Below are positions 1-12,986 of a DNA stretch of 64,000 bases, one piece after another. The stretch is taken from contig NC_043003.1 of assembly GCF_006345805.1 (NCBI RefSeq), positions 81,964,001 to 82,028,000 on the forward strand. The letters run 5' to 3'. The position numbers and the translations under genes are program-made. This stretch comes from Octopus sinensis. Taxonomy: Eukaryota. Each line of letters opens with the position of its first letter. Position 1 is the first letter of the stretch. The notes beneath the pieces were generated by a model. It was not told where the DNA came from. It was given only the letters and a program-made list of their open reading frames with translations, and did not search any database.

Positions 1-130
1 CAACGATTACCCATGCGGTCTGATCGATTACATTCAGGGTTGTAGTTACAAATTCCCCGCCGAAAGCAAATGCTAAGACTTAGGAGGAGCTATTTCTAGC
101 ACTAGAGTTAACCTATGTAAAGTTAACTCT

Positions 131-165
131 CTTATATTTACGGATATATATATACATATATATGA

Positions 166-253
<88 letters not shown>

Positions 254-256
254 CAT
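131..256. repeat. (TA)n microsatellite
   Basis: Near-pure TA run. Similar tracts recur at ~12320, 12550, 12797, 19380, 20596, 36779, 49640-50000, 52420-52785 and 55040. Confidence 0.97.
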
Positions 257-1329
257 GGGTGTGTATGATTGTGTAATTCCAACTTTGATTTTCCCGTTTT
301 ATTTACAATAATATAATATAACATAATATAATGAAATGGTATACTATTTCATATCCATTCTGATTTAACTAGTACTTTCATGCATTAAACTATACAATCT
401 GCAGGTTCATGTACTAGTGGTTACCGTTATGTTTTACAATTGACAACTATGCATAATATAGAGATATGTAGATCAATATGTAAACATGGAATTATAAGAA
501 ATTCTGTCTAGTCCTACGCAAAGATACTTTTTTACTGCTCTGTAAATGGTATCCAGTTTTAAGTTCTATATCTTCAAACGTAAAAGAACCATGTAGTGCC
601 TACGGAGTGACCTAAATTTAAAGGTACCAGTAGAAGAGACTTAGCATGTAAACGACATGACTAATGGTTTACGCCACGTTTCTCATATAAATGGCTCCTT
701 TTTCGGTGTGACGAAGTTTCAGTGATTAGAAGAACAATCCATCCTAGATATAGATATAAGTGGTTTAAAAGACAAAGAAAACTTAATAAAGAAAGTGATT
801 GTTAACGTTGTTTTCATCAACTTCCACATGTTGTAAAAATAAGAAGTAGGAGATCAGTTGACTGGGTCAGTATTATTGCTCATCTTGGGAAACAAATTTA
901 CAATGTTAGTATATTGGTACGGGTTCACTTACAAATTATAAAATGACAAATTTCCTGAGTATAAGAGCTGTGAATAAAATGGATACTGACAGGAATGTTA
1001 GCTTTCAAAAAGACAGCATACTTTATGAAGGTCATTATGAAGTTGTGGTACTGGGGAATTTGCCGAAAATTGTCTTTTTGTATGGAGTGGTATTTCGAAA
1101 TAAAAGCAAAACAAAACAAGACGCTGACAGGAACTGTGTTGATAATATCAACAGCAATACAGAGCTGTTGAGGGAAATTAAAAGCAAATGCATTCTGAAA
1201 ATCTACTATAAATTTTCTTGGAGGGGAGCAGCATACCTGGCTTCAATGAAGAATATCTGGTCGCCAATGAAATGTGTTTGCTTTCCTCATATGCTGGAAA
1301 TTTTCTTTACTGCTTTTAGAGAAGCAGAG

Positions 1330-3720
1330 TAATTGTGAGCGAGATACTTCTAGAATCTACGTGTGCAAGATATTTGGATTAGCTTCTATAATAGAATTGT
1401 AGAGGAAGCCGGATAACTATTTTGGATCCGTCAAAATAAATCTAATTTTTTTCCGCCGCTGAACGTCTTCTTATCCTAGCAGTCCTTTTCTTGTGTATGT
1501 TCGTAGAATCCGATAGCATTAGCTGCGTCTTACTAATCACAATATAGTGTGAAGTCATTTATTGCGTTTCTCTTCATTACATGAATTTGATAGTTTCAGG
1601 TGGGAGGATTTGGTCATGTGTTATAATAAAAAAATATATATCCTTCAGTCACAGTTGTCATTTCTGTACTTTACCGCTAGTTCTGTGATTTGCCTTTATC
1701 TATTTCCCTTCTGCTCTATTGTTTGTCAGGTGTTAGCTATGTAGAACGTTTCATGTCATCGTTATTAAAAGACATTCCGTGACCTGATGTCTTAAAGCTA
1801 CATTTTAAACTTTCCATAGTTTACTGTTGATTTTGCCCTTGTCACATCACAAGTACTTTTTGTATGGAATTCGATAATTTTCGTGTTCTCTTAGTGTTTT
1901 GGAGCTTTTTGTGTAACATTTCCAGATTTCTTCACTAGGTAGTTCTTGAAGAAACGCTGTGGTTATTTTTTAACAATTTACTACTATCAGAATACTTCCT
2001 TCTCAAATTTGAAGCTAATAGCCTGAGATTCAATCGAAATGCCATTATAACTTTTCCTCTTCTGCTCTTTCTTGTACGTTTAACAAAGAATTTATTATTG
2101 AGTAGCTACATTTTACATGCATGCTACTGTATTTTGTCTGCTGCATTTAATTTTTGATAAAAGCATTAATATCTAATACGCAAATAATAGTATTTCCTAT
2201 GTTTTCTTTCATTTCTCTGTGCTGTATTTTGTGGAGTTCCTATAGAATAATGTACGATGTGTTTGGTCTGATGCTCTACTTTCGGTTTTAATACCTAACA
2301 CAATATCAATATTCTTCAATATTCTTCATTGATTTTAATCTATGCAAGGTTTCCTTGTTATATTTGCCTAGTCTAACTCTCTAATGAATTCCACGAATTC
2401 GTATAATATCCGTAGCAGTGTTTCTAGTTGCCAAATATCTGCAACCGTCAATATGATGTACAAAGGTTAGATGATTGTGTTCAAATATCATTAGCATCAG
2501 TCTTCGGTCATTAACCTGTGGGTTAAAGTTGCTAAGCCCGTGCTTAAAAGGACTGGAGTAAGTGAATCTTGTGTATAATATTTTTTTCTTAATTAACATG
2601 GAGTTTATTTCAAACTTCCTATCCTTTGAAACGTCAAAACCAAATACTTACTCGTGATGTATTTAAATTACCAGCAGTTTATTGTTATTATCATAGTCAT
2701 TACAAATGTTCCAAAGATATGCGAATGGAGAACAGTAGTCTCTGATCATGAATCGGTGTTTCGATCAAATATTACCTCATTGCTTTGTTGATTAGCAATT
2801 TATGCTTTCAGCCATAGGAGTTTTATTAGAGAACTTTAGAGAATAAATTTCTTAATAATGTGTAAGCTAATCAATTGTGACACCACATCTAAGGTTTTTC
2901 AGATATATGAAAAAGATTTGCTTTAGTTTAATCATATATGAATAAAAATCTTCCTCTCAGTGAGTCATTCATTTAGTATGTAAATATATACATTTGTAAG
3001 GACAAACGTATATTTGTTGCCTATTGTAACCGCACGTTTTATATCATATTTTATCATGACTTCAAACTGTTCATTTATTTTTACTATCTGGAGTACTTAT
3101 TGAGTTAATATATCATCACTGACTATTCAGCTGATATTTATGAACAATCTCGTCTGCGATGATCTCTTCTCTACATAACCTCAATTGATAAATCCAATTA
3201 CATCTCTTATACTTTGTGTTGCACTCATTTCTCTTCTGTTTTACTTAGTTCTTGATAAACTGTTTGTAACTAAATTCGAAATATTCGAGCTCAAAGAATT
3301 ATTGTTGCTTATCATGCTGAGTGATTATTTGGAATTTAGCGCGTAGCACTTAGATGTACTTTGATTTTAAGTACACATTTCCTTATCTTTCTATGCTATT
3401 TGTCTATCATGACGTTATTGTTTATTGTGACTTATTGATTATTGATTTTCTTTTTTAAATTGAGGTTTCTTTTATCATGTTTCATGCTTTTTCTAGATGT
3501 TTGCTTAGGTTCTAGTATTTCTTTAATAGATGTGAAGGGTATCCACATTCCTTCCTAAATTGTGACGCTACTACAAATATCTTATCATTTAACCCTGCCT
3601 TTTTATTCTCTGTGCTGTTTCATCGTTAATTTCTCTCTATGGAACGTACTTTTCTAAATTCATATGATGAACTTGTATCGATTTTAATATATCATATATG
3701 CTTTTACATTATTCTTTTTT
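1330..3720 (-). mobile_element. Heavily decayed LINE, probably RTE-like
   Basis: T-rich plus strand (A-rich minus strand). Minus-strand frames give only eroded RT/3'-domain-like peptides (ATDIIRIR.., ..PCID.., HVMKRN..) with many stops and frameshifts. Confidence 0.4.
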
Positions 3721-3896
3721 ACTATAGCCACTAGGCTAGAAATTTTGGGTTAGGGGGCCAGTCGATAACATCGATGACAGTACGCAATTTAATTTATCGA
3801 CCCCGAAAGGATGAAAGGCAAAGTCAACCACACTGGAATTTGAACGTAAAGACAGACGAAATACTGCTAAGCATTTCGCCCGGTGTGCAAACGTTC
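3711..3896 (-). mobile_element. tRNA-derived SINE, tail type B, head-truncated (3' partner of a dimer)
   Basis: Reverse complement reads gaacgtttgcacaccgggcgaaatgcttagcagtatttcgtctgtcttt..., ending in the cccaaaatttctagcc..gtaaaaaagaat tail shared with 10056-10221 and 50603-50818. Confidence 0.85.
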
Positions 3897-4128
3897 CTTA
3901 TTTCTTTATTGCCAACAAGGGACTAAACATAGAGGGGACAAACAAGGACAGACAAAGGGATTAAGTCAATTACATCGACCCTAGTGCGTAGCTGGTACTT
4001 ATTTAATAGACCCCAAAAGGATGAAAAGCAAAGTCGCCCACAGCGGAATTTGAACTCAGAACGTAACGACAGACGAAATACGGCTACGCATTTCCCCGGC
4101 GTTCTAACGTTTCTGCCAGCTCGCCGCC
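3897..4128 (-). mobile_element. tRNA-derived SINE, tail type A, full length
   Basis: Reverse complement: ggcggcgagctggcagaaacgttag (A-box), gttctgagttcaaattcc (B-box), tail gtttgtctgtccttgtttgtcccc..aataaagaaataag. Confidence 0.92.
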
Positions 4129-6754
4129 TTTTGGTTTTACATTATTGTCGTACTTATATTTCTATCTATACCATATTATATTCTTAGATCGTTCTAATAT
4201 GTTCTTTTATTCACCTTTTTGTTTTTGTTATTGTTGATCAGTATTCAGTTCGCGTTCTGGGGTTCAGTATTGTTATCTACTTCATTTTATAAGTAAGAGT
4301 TCTGTTTCGCTGGTGCGTGTCTCCAATATTGCTATTAACGGTGTGTTGTTGATTTCGTTCTTCGTTTTACTTTTCCATTCTAAATTTTAGTTGATTTCTA
4401 TCTCTGTTTGACAAAATTTGTACTTGTTTTCTTTTGAAATTTAATCCCCTTCATTTTTTATTAGATGTAAAATCAATTTGAATCAAGGTTATTTCCTCTC
4501 CGAATTTTTTACTAAAGTGCTTTGAAGCTAGCTTTGTTCTGGTCATTATTAAAACGATGTACACAGTGTAGGTGCTCATATGTGTGATGTGTGTGTACGT
4601 GTGTATATCATGTGCATATATGTGTATATATATGCGTATATAAATGTGTGTATATATATATGTACACCTAACGATACGAACTGGAGCTGATATATTTCTA
4701 AAATAATGGGGTCGTGTGCAAACCAGCTCTCAAAGTCATATTGTATGTGATTAACGATAAACGCTCTCAGTTGAGATTCAAACAAGCCAACATGATATAG
4801 AGCGAACAGAGTCGAAAGGCCATCGGCTTGTGGGTGAAATATTTTTCTTTTGATCGAATTTTGTAAAACTATACAGGCTTAACCCTAAGAGTACATTGTC
4901 TGTCGTTCATATAATAATGAAGGAATACATTCATAAGATGCGCAACCAATGAAGATGAGCCGACGTATCAGAATTCGTGTTTATTGGATACACCACGTAC
5001 ACATCCATTCGTGCGCATACACAAACACATACGCACATGCATATATACATGCAAACATACATACATACATATATACATATATATACGTACATACATACAT
5101 ACATACATATATATATAGGTATGACAGTAACGTTTGTTACCACATCAAGGTAGTTATTCCAGACAGAACACTGCTACTTCACTAAGCCCAGGAGGACATC
5201 AGCTCTACCTAATTAATCTTACACCATCTGTGTCCGTTATATTGCAAACAAGCGAGGAAGAGGACGAGAGAAAGAGAGTGAGTGAGATGAACATATATTT
5301 GGTTCATTGTCAGCAAAACATCATACTGTAAACTTGAAAATGCGTGAAACTTATTTTGATATAGATTTATATAGGAATGATAATACTTATATGCAAAACT
5401 TATGTAGGTACCAATACATTACTCTAGTCTGATTAGATTTTAAGTGAAAATAAATCTGAAAACATATCACCTAATGTTCGTTTGGACACTATGAAAAATA
5501 TATTAATGACACTATGAAAAATATATTAATGAATGATATCAAACATTTTAACTTGGAAACTTGTTATAATTTGAATCTATTCATCTGCTGAATGCTTACC
5601 TTTCTCTATTTACGTAAGAATAAAGCTTCTATTTTGTGCTTTAAAATCATGTATACTTCGTTAATTTTGTTTGTGAGAATAGGCGCCGTTATTAACGCCA
5701 CTTTTCTCAGTTCATGGCCCTTACTAATGTTAGCGTATTTATTCTTTCTGAATAAGTAAACGTCATGTTAAAATGGATATTCTACTTTATTTTCACTATA
5801 TAATGCATTACACATGAAATTAATGAATACAAAAGCCTATAACATAGAAAATTAGCTGATTAAGCCGAAAAATAACATTTTCAATAAGCTGAATAATCAC
5901 ATTGAAGAACAAATCGTGTATCATTTCTATTTGCTTAATCATAAGAGAAATTTCTATTTGTAAGCAATGCACTTTTGAGAGTCTCCAGGTCTGAGGTGTG
6001 AGGGAGGAGTGTTTTTCAGCCAAGGAACTTAGTTCAAAATCTCCTTAACAGAACCGACTCCATTAAATCTCTAAAGAGTGAACAGATTAAAGCAATCATG
6101 GAAAAACGGGTACTGTTTCAAGGATGAACTCCCTTTCCGCCAGTCATTTTCTAATCACAAGGATTTGGAGAACACTTACCCAACTAACTGCAACATGATG
6201 TCACACACCCGCCAAGCGAAAGTCTTAAACATCTCAATAAATCTAGTTTTATATCCAGCTAAACGCGTATAATACTGGAAAAACATATCCAGACACTTAT
6301 AATGTTATGCTAAACACGAGTGATACTTTCGAAATAGATTGGGCATTTCGCTGAAGTTTTTTTGTTATTTACAACACGTTTGCCACAAGCCGTTTGGCAT
6401 TCTACTAAAAGTTTGCCTTTGTATTATGCATATTTAGTTAAACACACACTAATATACGGAAATATAAAAGAAACTTCGCACTGTAAAATATTATTTGTTC
6501 ATACATGATATTGACATCATATGAATTTTATCACATTTCTAGGTAATATCACATCAGGAAGTTTTCACTGACCCACAACACCAGTCTATTTTGAAAATAA
6601 AAGGATTGCATGTAGGGTTCGAAATCTCTCACTTTTCATAAACATGATAATGCTCGCGAAAGCATCTTGATGAAAAGCATGATGTACGTGCCAAACATTG
6701 TCTCATTGAGTATAATAGCCTCCCAAATTTACCAGCCAGCTTTTCATTTCCCGA

Positions 6755-7455
6755 ATTTCGGCGTCACCATCATCGTATCCGAGGTGGACCACCTACAGAG
6801 GGTAGGTGCGGCGGCAGTAGCAAAGTTTAACCGGGAGAAATCAGTCGACTTGCAACACAGCACCTGGAGGTGCAAGTCGATTCCTCCCAACAGCGTCGTT
6901 GGACTTTGGACTGTGGGACCACTTAAAATGCTTGTGGTCTGGTTTGGACTGGACATCCAGATAGAGAAGAATTGGAGCGAGGTGGTGAGCAAGTTGACTC
7001 TCCTAACTCGGACCTGGTCCGAGCGGTGGCTATCCCTTAAAGGGGGGGAGAGGTCGCAAATGTGTTTATCGCATCTGCGATCACCTACCGTTGTGTCTTG
7101 TCACGCTTTTTCGCAAAGCAAGTTGGTGCGCTGGCTCTTTCGCTTTTTGTGGAAGAGTAAAGGTCCGCTTGTAAGGCGCTCTCTCTCCTGCCAACACCCG
7201 CAAAAGGTAGGGCTAGGAATGCCTTGGCTCTTGATACTCAGACATGCGCTGAGGCTGAGGCATCTGTGGATCTACCTGGATGTTGAACAGGTGTGGTCTC
7301 TGAGGTTTGCTAGTTTCGGTGAACTGGAACCGTGGACCAAGGGAAGATGAAGGTTGGGAGAATGGCGGGGGATACAGCGCGTTCTTTTATAGAGAGGTGG
7401 CAAAAGGCAAGTGCGACGACGTCCTGGGGAGACTCTGAGCCTCGACGATACTCAG
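6755..7455 (+). mobile_element. L1/Tx1-clade LINE ORF2 fragment (RT C-terminal region), degraded
   Basis: ORF 6667-7350 contains VTIIVSE, FNREKSV, VWFG..IEKNWSEV, TWSERWLSLKG, LFRFLWKSKGPLVRRS..QHPQKVGLGMP. This is the typical Tx1 post-YADD signature, with frameshifts. Confidence 0.85.
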
Positions 7456-7549
7456 CTTGGCTGGGTTTAGAAAAACTGATGGACCGCCTGGCCGGGCTCA
7501 GACAAACTAAAGGAATGCCTGGCTGGGCTTAGAAAAACTGAAGAATCGC
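7456..7549. repeat. Three imperfect ~31-bp tandem units
   Basis: cttggctgggtttagaaaaactgatggaccgc / ctggccgggctcagacaaactaaaggaatgc / ctggctgggcttagaaaaactgaagaatcgc. Confidence 0.75.
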
Positions 7550-8479
7550 TGCAGTAAGTGTGAATCTGAGAGAGGAATATGTTGAATAAAATCATATTTA
7601 ACTGATTTTCCTGTATGTCCTTGTACCCAAAGTCAGGAAATTGTCAACATCCACTCGTATATATATGCTTTATATTAAACGCAGCTGATCATCTTCTATT
7701 GCTTTCAAATGTTCTAATAAGATAAGCACCAGCTGACTGAAACACAGACGTGGCGCATAATTATTTACTACTACTTTACCATAATAGTAGATGCCGATTC
7801 TTTCCAGAATGTAAACCGATAGAATTATGTATTAAGCAACAATCATTATTAACAAAAATCCAAGCTATCAAGTGGTTTCATTCAGCTGTTTCTAAGAAAT
7901 TGGGTTTTATGATAATGAAGAATGGAAATAAATAAAAATTACATATCTTCTTTACTCACGACTATTCATTTTAGTGAAAATTATTGACATTACATTTTGT
8001 GTTTACGTTTTTTTTTTCTTTTTATGGAAGCGGTTGCTTTGTCGAGCAAAGCATTTGTGTCCATGATATTCGTGGGTCTACAAACACCAGTGAAACAGAA
8101 AAGATTTCTTTCAGCTTTGAACTCTGTAAATGGGCATCTATATATTATATGTAGTTATATGTAGAGGAAAAGAATTTTACTGGGTTGAAACTCCCGAGCG
8201 GATAGATTTGGGAATGGTGGATAATGCGTGAAGAATTGGTGAGAGCCTATGTATATATTAATAGGTTATGCAATTGCTTTGGATGCACATATTTGGTTTT
8301 GGCCGAGAGAAGCTAATTCAGATCATATCAGATCAGCAGAAACCATCGTAGAAGTGTTGGACTAGAGAGTAGGCGGAGAGATGAGAAAAATTACCAGTAG
8401 TATAATGACTGCTGAAATTTTCTTTTAGATCCTAGATCTTATGAAATGTTGTATTATATCCTTGTTCTTTTATTTCTGT

Positions 8480-9094
8480 GAGTTTATGGTAAAGATTATG
8501 CCAAAAGCATTCATACGTCGCCCTTGGGTCGGTGAGATTGAAAAGTGAACATTCGTCTCGAACCGGTTTTCAGTCGGCAGCTGAAATAGTATGAGCAAGA
8601 AAAAAATTACTGGGTGCCACATATTTTATAAGAAGAAATAGTGAATATTGCAGGGTTCGGAATACCAAGAGAAATTTCCCTAAGTTCGGTGTCGACTCAG
8701 TAAATGCAGCCAGTTTCTGGGGAGCAGAGGCAACAGTAATATCCATAGAAAAGTGAGAAAGTACACACATAAAATCCGTGAACCATAGTTTGGAAAGTGA
8801 GAGGCTTCATACGAGTCAGTCGTATTCCTTATTCATAGTGCCTGAATTTGTGTCTACATTGGAACAGTAATGCATCTCTAGATGCATCTGAGTTTTGTAT
8901 AGGGTTAGTTATTGGGGATGACGTAATATGTGTTTGTAGAAATGAAGGCCAATCTTTGTGGGCAGTCTTTGCTATGTTTAGGATATTTTATCAAATGGAG
9001 AGTTTCTAATTGATTTCTAGCATTTATAGTTCTATCGACATTCCAGGTTTGATTTATTTTGAAATATACATAATCATTGCGTGTTTATGCTATT

Positions 9095-9141
<47 letters not shown>

Positions 9142-9770
9142 AGTTACCACCTCAATGAACAATGTTTTCGAGATTTTTCTGTTATAGACTCTACACAGAT
9201 TTGATCTGTCTTGATTGCATGTGATCGATGCTAAAGCGCAAAAGATTAGTAAGATATATCAGGTGCTTTTGTCTGGCTAAGTCTGGAGGTTTTTGATAAA
9301 CGGTAAGAAGAGTGGAGAGAACACAACGGGAGCTCACAGATGGTGTCAGAAAATGGTACATTAGTACACACCACGACTGAATCATTAAGACACAAGCCAC
9401 TGTTTGAGTGGAAGATTAGACTGTAAGGGTGGGAAATGTTGTCAGGTAATTCGTGTGCTAGACACAGTAGTTATCTTTTGTGGAGTCGAGAGCAAAGTCG
9501 CAGCTTCAAACAAATTTCTGGAGACAAAGACGATAGGGGGCTTGTAAGTCTGAAGTTACAAAAGTGACAAGGTAATTAGCAGGTGAATGTTCTTCCTTTC
9601 ATTGAAGAATTAGGATTTGTAATAGTTGTCTGGATCACCGTTGTGCCGTTGAAAGTGAACGCTATAAGATTATATTTGGCAATAACAATTAGGTTTCACA
9701 CTGTAGGCGTCGAATACAATGTCGTCTGTTTCTATACAATAAGATACTTATCTGAATTTATTAGTTGAGG
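8480..9770 (-). mobile_element. Decayed CR1/L2-group LINE (RT and 3' domain), interrupted by (GA)n at ~9100-9137
   Basis: Minus frames give VSSRCVLS/PLFLPFIKNL (cf. GVPQGSVLSPTLFLLFINDL), LEMHYCS (cf. MEYCS) and SLFYGYYC.LCSPE (cf. SLFYRYYHG.CS.EL). Confidence 0.65.
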
Positions 9771-9824
9771 ACATATAGTAGCTCTGCAACACATAGTCTG
9801 ATGGTAATATTGTCAGGAAATTAA

Positions 9825-10055
9825 GGCGGCGAGCTGGTGGAAAAGTCAGCACGTCAGGCGAAATGCTTAGCGGCATTTCGTCTGCCGCAACATTCTGAGT
9901 TCAAATTCCGCCGAGGTTGACTTTGCCTTTCATCCTCTCGGGGTCGATTAAATAAGTACCAGTTACGCACTGGGGTCGATATAATCGTCTCAATCCGTTT
10001 GTCTGTCCTTGTTTGTCCTCTCTGTGTTTAGCCCTTGTGGGTAGTATAGAAATAG
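9825..10055 (+). mobile_element. tRNA-derived SINE, tail type A
   Basis: ggcggcgagctgg head, gttcaaattcc B-box, tail ..ttgtgggtagtatagaaatag. Confidence 0.92.
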
Positions 10056-10221
10056 GTATTTCGTCTGTCTTTGCGTTCTGAGTTCAAATTCCGCCATGAT
10101 CTGCTTTCTCTTTCATCCTTTCCGGATCGATAAACTAAGTACAAGTTGCGTAGTGTGGTCGATCTACTCGACTGGTTTCCTCCCTAAAAATTTCGGGCCG
10201 TGTGCCTAGAGTAGAAAATAA
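10056..10221 (+). mobile_element. tRNA-derived SINE, tail type B, head-truncated, fused to the preceding SINE
   Basis: Begins gtatttcgtctgtctttgcgttctgagttcaaattcc and ends aatttcgggccgtgtgcctagagtagaaaataa. Confidence 0.88.
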
Positions 10222-10241
10222 TATCTGAACTATTCTTTAAA

Positions 10242-10401
10242 GGCGGCGAGCTGGCAGAATCATTAGCACGCTGGGCGAAAAGCTTAGCGGCATTTCGTCT
10301 GTCTTTACGTTATGAGTTCAAATTCTGCCGAGATCTACTTTGCCTTTTCATCCTTTCGGGGGCGATAAATTTCGGGCCTTCTATCTGAAGTAGAAAAGAA
10401 T
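10242..10401 (+). mobile_element. tRNA-derived SINE, tail type B, internally deleted
   Basis: ggcggcgagctggcagaatcattagcacg head; ..aatttcgggccttct..gtagaaaagaat tail. Confidence 0.88.
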
Positions 10402-10689
10402 AATGTCAGAAAATATTATTATCAGATCAGAAACATTTCCATGGTTTGTGGCCTACTCAGTTTGAAACAGGCGGTGATGTTTTGCACTCAGACTAAAGGC
10501 TTACGTAGCGGTGATCCGGGTGAGAAATGGTGGAAAAGAATATTCCGTAGAGAATCCTGTTTTTTTTTTCCGAAGAGGCTTCTGAAAATTTGACCCGTTC
10601 AGAGTTAATTTAGCTACTTGACTACAATTACAGATATACTTTATATACTTCGATTATACTTACACTTGGTTTTCCTGACTACATTTCTT

Positions 10690-10940
10690 TGTGGTTCTTA
10701 TATTTATTTTACTGAGCATCACGAAAGACTCAATGAAAAGGCTCAACAGCTTGCTTGACATTCAGCTCTTTCTTCTTAATATAAGGATGCACATTGATCA
10801 GGATAATCAAGATATCTCAACCTCAGAGGAGCGATCCTTCAGTTTTTCAATCCATCAGAGGAGGGATTGAACTGTTACAATACTTTTAACACAAAATAAT
10901 CTGGTTCTGTCACTGATGACAGTCAAACGCTCGTCGACAG
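10690..10940 (+). mobile_element. Penelope-like element 3' remnant (GIY-YIG C-terminus-like peptide plus degenerate hammerhead)
   Basis: Frame ends QSIRGGIELLQYF* (cf. PLE ..LNRDGG.EL..Y), followed by CTGTC-a-CTGATGA-cagtc-AAAC-gctc-GTC-GACAG at 10907-10940. Confidence 0.45.
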
Positions 10941-12316
10941 CTAGTGCAGTGAAAGTGTCTTGTATATAATGGCTAAAAAAACTCGTGTTAAAATGGTCAA
11001 ATTTAAACCTTATTGATATGGATTTGTTACTGAATTACTTTTGTATCATACATATATATTTGAAGCTTTCTAATAATTTTACACAGGTGATAGTTCGCAA
11101 GATGTATTAATTTGCATTTAGCAATGATTTTAACCTCTCTGTGTGACTTTGCAAGGTTATGTTGAAGTTGCCCACTATCAAATTAGTGTAGAATGTGATC
11201 CCCGTAAAGGGGTACCAATTCATCTTTTGTATACCCAGAATTATTTGTGTATGTAACACACATACACACACACACACATATATATGTATGTATGTATGGT
11301 TGCGTGTGGGTGTGAGTGTGCGTGTATGAGACCGTGTGGGCCTATGATTGTGTAAATGTGTCTGTAAATAGTGTAAGCGAACTTTCAAAATATGTGTTCA
11401 CATTAATAATATTAGACACAAATCTACAGAAAATAAAAATTAGTAAAACCGGTGGGAACCAATTCTATATCTTCTGAGTGCTCAATTCATGTCGAAAATC
11501 AATGAATTCATTAATTCATATTACGTCTCTCTTTTCGTTATCCTTTGCTTGATATTAATCAAAGCAGCTGCAATAGGTCTACAGAATTTTTCTTCTATTA
11601 TCAATTCGAGAGTTGTAGGAATTAGTTTCACCACAAAATAAATCCCTTAACTCTGCCATACAAGATTGAAAGATACATTTACAGGATATCCATTAAAGAT
11701 GAGCGAATACAATATTAAAATATATCATGCTACAAATTGTTGCACTGAATGTTTATTTTTTAAAAAATTATTACAATAATGAATTTTATTAAAACAGGAA
11801 GAAATGAAGAATGAATAAATAATTATTTCTGTTTTGATTGTAGCTAATGTTATTATACTTCCTTTACTTTGAATTTGTGTTAGAATCAAGATTTATACAA
11901 AGTTTTAATTACAGATTATTATTTCTTTCAGTTTGTCGCATTTTATGCCTAAGATTTAGCTTTATTTGTTTCATTGCCCTTTTCTTATAGTATATGAATA
12001 ATATTAAATATTGAAACCCGCATTTTGTTTCAGCATACAATCAGCCACGTGCAAATATGTATGAAGTAACATGGAGTTAGATATAAATACATTAATACAG
12101 CGGATATACTCACCTTTCGCTTCCCTCTTAATGTTTTAGTTCATATGTTAACGATTCAGTTAGGGTTGTAATTATTTGCTACGTAAATTATATATCAAAT
12201 ATATACATATATAATATCTTCATATTAGTTCTAATTATTAGAGATTAGCACAAAAAAATCTATCTTAAATAAATGAAAATATCAAAACGCTATAGTCTTC
12301 ACAAACACATATGTAC

Positions 12317-12370
<54 letters not shown>

Positions 12371-12374
<4 letters not shown>

Positions 12375-12545
12375 AATTTTTGCTAAAAAAAAGTCTGAAA
12401 CCATTCGAGTTAATTGGTAAATGTTTTCATTTTTCATTCCTTTCGAAATGTTATCCCTAATAGTGGTTGGGAATTGAACTGTTCTCTCTAGCGTGCAAGA
12501 GATCCTATGATGGATACCTCTTACGTGTTTAAATGTGCAATGTAG

Positions 12546-12606
<61 letters not shown>

Positions 12607-12793
12607 ATATATATATATGTATAATTTTTGCTAAAAAAAAGTCTGAAACCATTCGAGTTAATTGGTAAATGTTTTCATTTTTCATTCCTTTCGAAATGTT
12701 ATCCCTAATAGTGGTTGGGAATTGAACTGTTCTCTCTAGCGTGCAAGAGATCCTATGATGGATACCTCTTACGTGTTTAAATGTGCAATGTAG

Positions 12794-12796
<3 letters not shown>
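12371..12796. repeat. Exact tandem duplication of a 178-bp unique unit separated by (TA)n
   Basis: 12371-12548 is identical to 12619-12796 (gtataatttttgct...caatgtagtta). Confidence 0.95.
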
Positions 12797-12852
<56 letters not shown>

Positions 12853-12986
12853 ACAGTATATTTGAAATAGATAATAATTTACATAGAAGCATATAGATAA
12901 GTACACACAAATATTTGTGTGTATGTGTGTGTGCGTGTCTCTCTCTCTCTCTGACTCTCTCTGTACATATATACGTATATATATCG

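Noticed and set aside
6667-7350. 227-aa ORF as a host gene
   Set aside because: It is a frameshifted Tx1 LINE ORF2 remnant.
7456-7549. CRISPR-like array
   Set aside because: Contiguous diverged tandem units with no unique spacers, in a eukaryotic context.
11150-11205. Exon candidate GYVEVAHYQISVECDPRKG
   Set aside because: Poor donor and no homology recognised.
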